From Asaia bogorensis (GTDB lineage: Bacteria; Pseudomonadota; Alphaproteobacteria; Rhodospirillales; CAMCUA01), in contig CAMCUA010000003.1 in NCBI GenBank assembly GCA_945878455.1, positions 1 through 40,623 on the forward strand: a stretch of DNA of 40,623 nt, in the 5' to 3' direction. This document shows, one piece after another, positions 21,521-28,641 of the stretch. Numbering within the stretch: the stretch's first letter is position 1; each line of letters begins with the position of its first letter. Made by a program: the position numbers and the translations under genes. Under the pieces are notes generated by a model. The model worked only from the letters and a program-made list of their open reading frames with translations, searched no databases and was not told where the DNA came from.

Positions 21521-21566
21521 CCGACAGTTGTTTGCAATTGGCTGTCAGCGAACTTAGATTGTCGCC

Positions 21567-22388
21567 ATGAACGATATGCTAACAGGATCCGTTACGGGCG
21601 ACGGCCGGCGGATCAAGATACACACACCGGCGGACTTCGAGGGTATGCGTCAGGCCGGCAGGCTGGCCGCCGAAACCCTGGATTTCATCACGCCCCATGT
21701 ACAGATCGGCATCACCACCGATCAATTGGACCGCCTGTGCCACGACTATATCGTCGGGCATGGGGCGATTCCGGCGCCGCTCAACTACCGCGGCTTTCCC
21801 AAGTCGATCTGCACCTCGATCAATCACGTGGTCTGCCACGGCATTCCGGCCGACCGGCGGCTGATGGATGGCGACATCATCAATATCGACGTCACCGTCA
21901 TCCTGGAAGGCTGGTTTGGCGATACCAGCCGGATGTATACCGTCGGCAAAGTCGGCGTGAAGGCCCGCCGGTTGATCGACATCACCTTCGAAGGCATGTG
22001 GCGCGGCATCCAGGTCGTCCGACCCGGCGCCACCGTCGGCGATATCGGCCATGCCATCCAGACCTTCGCCGAAGCCGAACGCTTTTCCGTGGTGCGCGAC
22101 TTTTGCGGACACGGTTTGGGCCGCATCTTTCACGACGCGCCCAACATCATGCACTTCGGTCGCCCGGGCGAAGGCCCGGTCCTGCGCGAGGGTATGTTTT
22201 TCACCATCGAGCCGATGATCAATGCCGGGCGGTTCGACGTGAAGATCCTTAACGACGGCTGGACGGCGGTCACCAAGGACCGCTCGCTTTCCGCCCAGTT
22301 CGAGCATTCCATCGGGGTCACGGCCGACGGCTATGAAGTCTTCACCCTCTCGCCCACGGGCCTCGACCGGCCGCCCTTCGCCGTCTGA
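21567..22388 (+). CDS. map: type I methionine aminopeptidase
   Basis: [40 protein letters not shown]. Confidence 0.98.
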   Translation: MNDMLTGSVTGDGRRIKIHTPADFEGMRQAGRLAAETLDFITPHVQIGITTDQLDRLCHDYIVGHGAIPAPLNYRGFPKSICTSINHVVCHGIPADRRLMDGDIINIDVTVILEGWFGDTSRMYTVGKVGVKARRLIDITFEGMWRGIQVVRPGATVGDIGHAIQTFAEAERFSVVRDFCGHGLGRIFHDAPNIMHFGRPGEGPVLREGMFFTIEPMINAGRFDVKILNDGWTAVTKDRSLSAQFEHSIGVTADGYEVFTLSPTGLDRPPFAV

Positions 22389-23097
22389 GCCCGCTGTACC
22401 GGCGCTGTCGCCGGAGGTTACGGAAGCCCCCGATCATGCCGGGCACCGCGCCCGCTTGCGCAGCCGTTTCTTGCAGGGCGGCGCCGATGCGCTGCCCGAC
22501 TACGAACTACTGGAACTGCTGTTGTTTCAGGCCCTGCCGCGGCGCGATACCAAGCCGATTGCCAAGGCCTTGTTACGGCGCTTCGGTTCCTTCGCCGAAA
22601 CCATCAGCGCCGAGCCGGCGGCTTTGTGCGAGGTGGCGGGCGTCGGCGAGGCCGTGGTCGTCGCCTTGAAGTCGGTGCAGGCCGCCGCCATCCGGCTGGG
22701 CCAAGCCCAGGTGATGCACCGGCCGGTGATCGAAAGCTGGCAAGCGCTGATCGACTACTGCCGTTCGGCGATGGGCTACGAGACGACCGAACGCTTTCGC
22801 ATCCTGTTCCTGGATCGCAAGAATATCCTGATGGCCGACGAGGTGCAGCAGAAAGGCACCGTCGATCACACGCCGGTTTACCCGCGCGAAGTGGTCAAGC
22901 GGGCATTGGAACTGGGGGCATCGGCCTTGATCCTGGTGCACAATCATCCATCGGGCGACCCGACGCCATCGAAGGCCGATATCGCGATGACCCGGGAAGT
23001 GAAAGAGGCCGTCGCCAAACTGGGCATCGTGCTGCACGATCACGTGGTGGTGACACGCAGCGGTTTCAATTCCTTCCGCACCCTGGGATTGCTCTGA
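22333..23097 (+). CDS. radC: RadC family JAB-domain protein
   Basis: [49 protein letters not shown]. Start codon uncertain. Confidence 0.93.
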   Translation: MKSSPSRPRASTGRPSPSEPAVPALSPEVTEAPDHAGHRARLRSRFLQGGADALPDYELLELLLFQALPRRDTKPIAKALLRRFGSFAETISAEPAALCEVAGVGEAVVVALKSVQAAAIRLGQAQVMHRPVIESWQALIDYCRSAMGYETTERFRILFLDRKNILMADEVQQKGTVDHTPVYPREVVKRALELGASALILVHNHPSGDPTPSKADIAMTREVKEAVAKLGIVLHDHVVVTRSGFNSFRTLGLL

Positions 23098-23169
23098 GCC
23101 GATAGTGCCCTGTCCGCGCCTTGGCCGGTCATCATCGTTCTCGGGGACTGACGGAGGGGTGAGGGGAAT

Positions 23170-23192
23170 TTCCTAGGGCAATCCCCTAGGAA
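23170..23192. promoter_or_regulatory. inverted repeat, candidate regulator binding site
   Basis: TTCCTAGGG-caatc-CCCTAGGAA, 9-bp perfect arms, in the intergenic region after radC. Confidence 0.5.
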
Positions 23193-23486
23193 GCAGAACT
23201 TTGCGATCCGGATATTCACAATCGGGCGCATAGGGGCTCCCATTTGCCAGCCGATACACGCATCCATATGGCCGGTTGGCGCGCAAGAAAATGCCCGAAG
23301 GCAAGCAGCCTAATCTTCGACCGCGATTCACGATCGCCCCCAGGTTCGAAAGGTTCGCCGCAGAAGGCTGTATCCGGGTGTCTGCGCTTGGGCAATTTTT
23401 CATCCGCACAACACAGTGACGTTACAATCGGCTGCTAGTTTCCCGGGGCGTCCACCCCGCGCCGATCCATGCGAAGGAAATGGGAT

Positions 23487-23717
23487 ATGCATCTCTACCA
23501 CGTCCGCGTTGTCTCGGCCGCCAAGGACGCCCTGCCCAAAAGGACTTGGCTGATCATCGCGCGTTCCGAACAGGAGGCGCGCGCATTGGCAAGCAAATCG
23601 CCCGAGGTCGACGGCTCCGATACCACCATCGAAGCCGTGCGCGACTTACCGGCGCAGAGCAACCGCCAGCTCGGCGTCATCGGTTGGATGGGAGACGGTC
23701 CAGGAGCCGGTTACTGA
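23487..23717 (+). CDS. small hypothetical protein (76 aa)
   Basis: SD AAGGA 8 nt before ATG 23487; plausible beta-beta-alpha-beta pattern (YHVRV, WLIIARSEQEARALA); fills the gap before convergent glsA. Confidence 0.6.
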   Translation: MHLYHVRVVSAAKDALPKRTWLIIARSEQEARALASKSPEVDGSDTTIEAVRDLPAQSNRQLGVIGWMGDGPGAGY

Positions 23718-23736
23718 GCACCGACCCGCCCTTGCC

Positions 23737-24675
23737 TTAACCGTATAGCGACAGATCCAACCGGCTCGACAAATGCCGCATGGCGGCCAAGCCGCCGATG
23801 CTGTTGCCCTTCGGCCCTAACGCCGGAGCGAAAACGGCAATCGACAAGCGCCCCGGCACCACCCCCAATACCGATCCGCTGACCGATCTTTTACCCGGTA
23901 GCCCGACATCGATGGCGAAGCGGCCGACTTCGTCGTACATGCCGCAGGTGGCCATCAACGCCACCAAGCTGCGGTTGTCGGCTATGTCGAGAATCCGCTT
24001 GCCGGTGACCGGATCGACCCCGCGATTGGCCAGGAACATTCCTGCCCGGCCCAACCGCTTGGCCGTGCAGACGACGGCGCACAGGCGGAAGTAGGTTTCC
24101 ACGGCGACGTCGGCATCGGCGACGATGCCGTGGTGGCGCATGTAATTGGCAAGCGCCCGGTTGCGAAAACCGGTGGCCGATTCGGATTGAAAGACCGCTT
24201 CGTCCACGGGAAAGGGCGCACCGTCGCAGATTTCCGCCATGAAAGCGCGAAAGCCGCGCACCTTTTCGTCGGCCCCACTGCCCGGCAACAGGCCGGCCAC
24301 CATGATCGCCCCGGCGTTGATGTAGGGATTGCGCGGCCGGCCGTATTCTTCTTCCAGGCGAACGATGGAATGAAAGGAATCGCCGCTCGGTTCACAGGAC
24401 ATGCGTTCGAGAATGGACGGGCCCTGTTCGCGGATGGCGTGGGCCAGAAAGAAGACCTTCGACACGCTTTGCATGGTGAAGAAGGAGTCGGCATCGCCGA
24501 CGGCCATGGTCGGACCGTCGATGGAATGTATCGAAATGCCCACGAGATTGGGATCGGCCTTGGCCAGTTCGGGGATGTAGCTGGCGACGCGGCCGGTCTT
24601 GGCGGCGGCACGGCCAACGTCGAGGGCCTCGACCATAGCTTCGGCCAGCAGACCTTCGGTCGCTAAATCCTTCAT
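23737..24675 (-). CDS. glsA: glutaminase A
   Basis: GRVASYIPELA, FTMQSVSK (SxxK), EPSGDSF, PRNPYINAGA, SE..TGFRNRA, CGMYD; SD GGAGG. Confidence 0.95.
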   Translation of the reverse strand: MKDLATEGLLAEAMVEALDVGRAAAKTGRVASYIPELAKADPNLVGISIHSIDGPTMAVGDADSFFTMQSVSKVFFLAHAIREQGPSILERMSCEPSGDSFHSIVRLEEEYGRPRNPYINAGAIMVAGLLPGSGADEKVRGFRAFMAEICDGAPFPVDEAVFQSESATGFRNRALANYMRHHGIVADADVAVETYFRLCAVVCTAKRLGRAGMFLANRGVDPVTGKRILDIADNRSLVALMATCGMYDEVGRFAIDVGLPGKRSVSGSVLGVVPGRLSIAVFAPALGPKGNSIGGLAAMRHLSSRLDLSLYG

Positions 24676-24783
24676 CTGTAGCCCTCCCAGTCATGATTTT
24701 GACGCCAACCGCACCGTCGTGCCAGGGAAGTTTTAGAGATCCAGGTTTTTCGACGATAGACACCCGCACGAACGCTTGCATCG

Positions 24784-24808
24784 GCAACCCGTAGCGTTGG
24801 TAGGCGTT
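24784..24808 (+). promoter_or_regulatory. putative EcfG (general stress) promoter
   Basis: GCAAC-N16-CGTT upstream of the transglutaminase-like gene; one mismatch to GGAAC-N16/17-CGTT. Confidence 0.45.
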
Positions 24809-24979
24809 ATTCGTCGGAAGCCGCGTTTTCGTCCGTCCCATCGATGGCCCCAATGCCGTACGGCCACATCCTACAAATGGACTTTCGTCCGCCAATCGAC
24901 CGGCAATACCGCGACCACCAATTCATGCAACCGTCGGAATGATGCATCCCGCTTCCCTTCTCCTCCTGCTGTGCCAGCC

Positions 24980-25888
24980 ATGCTGATCGGGATTGGCTAC
25001 GATTTGGTCTTCCAGTGCCAGGAGCGGACATCCATGCTTCTGGCACTCTATATGCACCCCTGCCATCGCCCGCACATCATCGGCGCCGATACCGTGCGCA
25101 GCGACCCGGCCCTACCCGTCGAGGAGTATATCGACAGCTTCGGCAACCGCTGCGGTCGCCTGACGGCAATGGCCGGGCGGCTGCATATCTGGTCGCATGC
25201 GGCTGTCGACGTCAGTGGCTTGCAAGACGAAATCTCCCCTTATGCCGTCCAACACCCACTCGACGAACTGCCGACCAATACGCTTGTCTTTCTTCTGGCC
25301 AGCCGCTACTGCGAATCTGACCGTCTGCTGCAGACGGCCTGGCAGTTATTCAGCTATACGACACCCGGTTGGCAGCGGGTCCAGGCCATCTGCGACTGGG
25401 TGCATCGGAACGTAACCTTCGGCTACCAATACGCCCGGAACAACCGGACCGCCTGGGACGTGTTCAACGAGCGCCAGGGCGTCTGCCGCGACTTCGCTCA
25501 CCTCGCCGTCGCCTTCTGCCGGGCGATGAATATCCCCGCCCGCTATGCGAGCGGCTATCTCGGCGACATCGGCGTGCCGTTCGATCCCTCGCCAATGGAC
25601 TTCAGCGCTTGGTTCGAAGTCTATCTTGGCGGTCGCTGGTACACCTTCGATGCCCGCCACAACCAACCCCGAATCGGCCGCATTCTGATGGTACGTGGCC
25701 GCGATGCCGCCGACACGGCGATCACCACCGCGTTCGGCAACAACACTCTGGTCAGTTTCCGGGTCTGGGCCGACGAACTGAAGGCCGACCGACCATTGCC
25801 CGACATCTATACCGCCGGGAGCGACGGCTTCGGTTCATTCCCGCCCGTTCCCTCCCATACGGCGATCCGCGCAGTTGAGAACCCATGA
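24980..25888 (+). CDS. transglutaminase-like family protein
   Basis: YIDSFGN, FLLASRYCESD, GVCRDFAH, MNIPARY..GYL, MDFSAWFEVYL, FDARHN, GRDAAD; start ATG 24980. Confidence 0.92.
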   Translation: MLIGIGYDLVFQCQERTSMLLALYMHPCHRPHIIGADTVRSDPALPVEEYIDSFGNRCGRLTAMAGRLHIWSHAAVDVSGLQDEISPYAVQHPLDELPTNTLVFLLASRYCESDRLLQTAWQLFSYTTPGWQRVQAICDWVHRNVTFGYQYARNNRTAWDVFNERQGVCRDFAHLAVAFCRAMNIPARYASGYLGDIGVPFDPSPMDFSAWFEVYLGGRWYTFDARHNQPRIGRILMVRGRDAADTAITTAFGNNTLVSFRVWADELKADRPLPDIYTAGSDGFGSFPPVPSHTAIRAVENP

Positions 25889-25939
25889 CGTTCCCCGGCA
25901 ACCAACGGCTCACACATTGGCCACGTTGACGAGGTTACG

Positions 25940-25965
25940 GGAACCGGCGACCGGGTTCGTCCGTT
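25940..25965 (+). promoter_or_regulatory. EcfG (sigmaT/RpoE2-type) promoter
   Basis: Exact GGAAC (25940-25944), 17 nt, CGTT (25962-25965), 80 nt upstream of the lipoprotein start. Confidence 0.7.
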
Positions 25966-26045
25966 ATCTCCAAGTATCGGACACATTTTCCGGGGAGCCG
26001 GGGTCCGACCCCGACAGGCCGGCTTTAGGGAAGGACTTGGTCGCC

Positions 26046-26582
26046 ATGTTGAAAAATCCCTTTGTAAACAAGGTGTTCATAACGCTCGTTGCATTGATGG
26101 CAGGCTCCGTAGCGGCCTGCGTCAGCTCCTATCCGCCGCCGAAGGAAGTCGCCGCTGCGAATCCGAGCGTCACGTACCAATATGCCAACGATGACGCGCT
26201 GGTGGAAACCACGCAGAAGGCGGAAATCTACTGTCGCGACTTCAACGCCATGCCCCGCGCAATCCGTTTTTCGAATACGCCAGATAACCAAAAACAGGTG
26301 GTTTTCGAATGCGATCGGACACGGCCTCTCGCCGCGGCGCCGGTATACGTTGCACCGCCCGTTGTCGTAGCGACGCCTGTGTATGCGCCGGCGCCCGTGT
26401 ATACCGTGCCGCCGGCCGTGCCGAACGTCACCTATTCCTACCGCACCGACGAAGGACTGGTGACGGCAACGCAACAGACGGAAGCCTACTGCCGGCAGTA
26501 CAGCGCTCGGCCGCGCACCATGAACTTCACCAACAATCGTGACGGCACGACGACAGTGGCTTTCGGCTGCGAACGTGGCTGA
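26046..26582 (+). CDS. hypothetical lipoprotein with two ~50-aa Cys-pair repeats
   Basis: SD AAGGA; signal peptide ending in lipobox VAAC; duplicated module VTY.Y..D..LV..TQ..E.YCR...A.PR...F.N..D....V.F.C.R separated by a Pro/Val/Tyr linker. Confidence 0.8.
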   Translation: MLKNPFVNKVFITLVALMAGSVAACVSSYPPPKEVAAANPSVTYQYANDDALVETTQKAEIYCRDFNAMPRAIRFSNTPDNQKQVVFECDRTRPLAAAPVYVAPPVVVATPVYAPAPVYTVPPAVPNVTYSYRTDEGLVTATQQTEAYCRQYSARPRTMNFTNNRDGTTTVAFGCERG

Positions 26583-26833
26583 TCCGGTCGTCAGCATGAT
26601 GGCGTCCGCCCCCGCTGACGCCACCTGCTTTGCCGGTGTGGGAACGCTCAAGCGCCGGCATCGAGGTGGCGATTTGCGATGTCGGGAACGCCATCGTCTT
26701 CTCGGGAATACAAACGGCGTCCTTGCGAGCAACCACCCATCTGACCGGACGTTGATCTGTCGGGCCGCTAGGCCATCGAACTTCGAGCCTCGCCGATGCG
26801 GTCGTTCCCCACAATCGATCAATGGAGTTCCAC

Positions 26834-27196
26834 ATGCTAAAGAACGGAAGCCCACGTCTGATTTCCGCTGACAAGGTGGACGGCACGAACGTTTACAACA
26901 AGACCGGCGAAAAGCTCGGTTCGATCCATAATGTCATGATCGATAAATTTTCGGGCAAGGTCGCTTACGCCGAAATGTCGTTCGGCGGCTTTCTCGGCAT
27001 CGGCGATCGTTATCACCCGCTGCCGTGGAGTATGCTGGATTACGATCAGAAAAAGTCGGGCTACGTCGTCGACCTTTCCAAAAAGTCCCTGGAAGGCGCC
27101 CCCACCTATTCGGCGGAGGATTTCGTCAATTGGGAGGACGAGACGTGGGGACGGCAAGTCCACGACTACTACAAAGTGCCGCCTTTTTGGATCTGA
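26834..27196 (+). CDS. PRC-barrel domain protein
   Basis: LISADKVDGTNVYN..GEKLGSI..VMIDK.SGKVAYA.MSFGGFLGIG..YHPLPW; SD GGAG before ATG 26834. Confidence 0.93.
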   Translation: MLKNGSPRLISADKVDGTNVYNKTGEKLGSIHNVMIDKFSGKVAYAEMSFGGFLGIGDRYHPLPWSMLDYDQKKSGYVVDLSKKSLEGAPTYSAEDFVNWEDETWGRQVHDYYKVPPFWI

Positions 27197-27209
27197 TCGC
27201 GGAAAATAT

Positions 27210-27244
27210 GCGCCGGCGTCCTATCGAGGACGCCGGCGCTTTTT
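27210..27244 (+). terminator. rho-independent terminator
   Basis: 13-bp stem GCGCCGGCGTCCT-atcg-AGGACGCCGGCGC followed by TTTTT; a short A-run upstream may allow bidirectional use. Confidence 0.88.
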
Positions 27245-27308
27245 CGTAGACGGTGGCCTTTGGCTGCGAAGGCGCCCGACTCCATCGTCATTTCCGGAGC
27301 GGGGACGA

Positions 27309-28487
27309 TCAGGCGCCGGTGCTGGCCAGGTAATCCAGGGCGACTTGTACCCCACCCGGCTTGTGCGGCACGCCCGAACGCTTCAGGCCCATTTCGACGC
27401 CCGCCAAGGTGCCGGCCAGCATCAGATCGTTGAAATCGCCGAGATGGCCGATGCGGAAGACCTTGCCGGCCAGGCGGCCGAGGCCGTTGCCGAGCGACAT
27501 GTTGAAGCTTTCCAGTACCTGCTTGCGGAAAGCATCGGCATCGACACCGGCGGGCATCATCACCGCCGTGAGGGTACCGGAATAAGCCGACTCGTCGCGG
27601 CACAAAACCTCCAGCCCCCAGGCGCGCACGGCGCGCCGGGTTGCTTCGCCATGGCGGCCATGGCGGGCGAAGACATTTTCAAGCCCTTCCTCGGTCAGCA
27701 TGGCGATCGCCTCGCGCAGGCCATAGAGCAGACCGGTAGCCGGGGTGAAGGGGAAGAAGCCGCCGGCATTCGGCATCAGCATCGCCTTCCAGTCCCAATA
27801 GGAGCGCGGCATGGCGGCGGTCTTGTGGGCGGCCAGCGCCTTGTCGCCGATGGCGTTGAAGCTGAGGCCGGGCGGCAGCATCAGACCCTTTTGCGAGCCG
27901 CCGACGGTGACATCGACACCCCAATCGTCGTGGCGGTAATCGATGGAACCCAGCGACGAAATGGTATCGACCAGCAACAGCGCCGGATGGCGGGCATTGT
28001 CGATAGCCTTGCGCACGGCGGGCACGGAACTGACCACGCCGGTCGAGGTCTCGTTATGGACGACGCAGACCGCCTTGATGGTGCGCGCCTTGTCTTCGAT
28101 CAAGCGGGCTTCGATGGCCGCCGCGTCGACCGGCGAGCGCCAGTCGCCATTCAAAAAGACCGGCTTCAGGCCCAGGCGTTCGGCCAATTCGCGCCACAGG
28201 GTGGAAAACTGCCCGGTTTCGTACATTAAAACCGAATCGCCAGGCGACAGGGTATTGACCAGGGCCGCTTCCCAAGCGCCGGTTCCCGACGCCGGATAGA
28301 TCACCACGTTGGCGTTGGTGCGGAACACCTTCTTCATGCCATCCAGCACATCGCGGCCGAGCGCAGCGAAGGTTGGACCGCGATGGTCGATGGTCGGCAT
28401 GTCCATGGCGCGCAGGACGCGATCGGGAACATTGGTCGGGCCCGGAATCTGCAGGAAATGGCGGCCGGGTTGATGGCGGTTGGTCAC
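27309..28487 (-). CDS. class V PLP aminotransferase (serine/alanine-glyoxylate aminotransferase-like)
   Basis: GRHFLQIPGPTNVPDRVLRAM, SGTGAWEA, HNETSTG, DTISSL, GSQKGLMLPPG (PLP Lys), FRIGHLG; GTG start after SD AAAGGA. Confidence 0.93.
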   Translation of the reverse strand: MTNRHQPGRHFLQIPGPTNVPDRVLRAMDMPTIDHRGPTFAALGRDVLDGMKKVFRTNANVVIYPASGTGAWEAALVNTLSPGDSVLMYETGQFSTLWRELAERLGLKPVFLNGDWRSPVDAAAIEARLIEDKARTIKAVCVVHNETSTGVVSSVPAVRKAIDNARHPALLLVDTISSLGSIDYRHDDWGVDVTVGGSQKGLMLPPGLSFNAIGDKALAAHKTAAMPRSYWDWKAMLMPNAGGFFPFTPATGLLYGLREAIAMLTEEGLENVFARHGRHGEATRRAVRAWGLEVLCRDESAYSGTLTAVMMPAGVDADAFRKQVLESFNMSLGNGLGRLAGKVFRIGHLGDFNDLMLAGTLAGVEMGLKRSGVPHKPGGVQVALDYLASTGA

Positions 28488-28641
28488 GGCGGTTCCTTTG
28501 GCGGCGACGGGAAGCCCGATAGTATGGCGCAAGCGCCGGCTTTATGCCAGCCCGCGCCGCCCCGCGCAACGGAACCATTGACGCCGCCGCGACAGCCGGG
28601 GAGTGTGCGCCGAGCGCGGATGCAGAACGGGGCGAAGCGAT

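Noticed and set aside
22333-23097. radC as a marker of a mobile element
   Set aside because: Full-length chromosomal type next to map; no integrase, transposase or att-like repeats seen at the accessory region borders.
26641-26806. Additional EcfG promoter for the PRC-barrel gene
   Set aside because: GGAAC at 26641 and 26685 lack CGTT at 16-17 nt; the CGAAC...CGTT pair is spaced 21 nt.
28520-28550. sigma54 promoter for the aminotransferase
   Set aside because: TGGCA and TTGC are too far apart for -24/-12; TGGCAT-17-CATACT fits sigma70 better.
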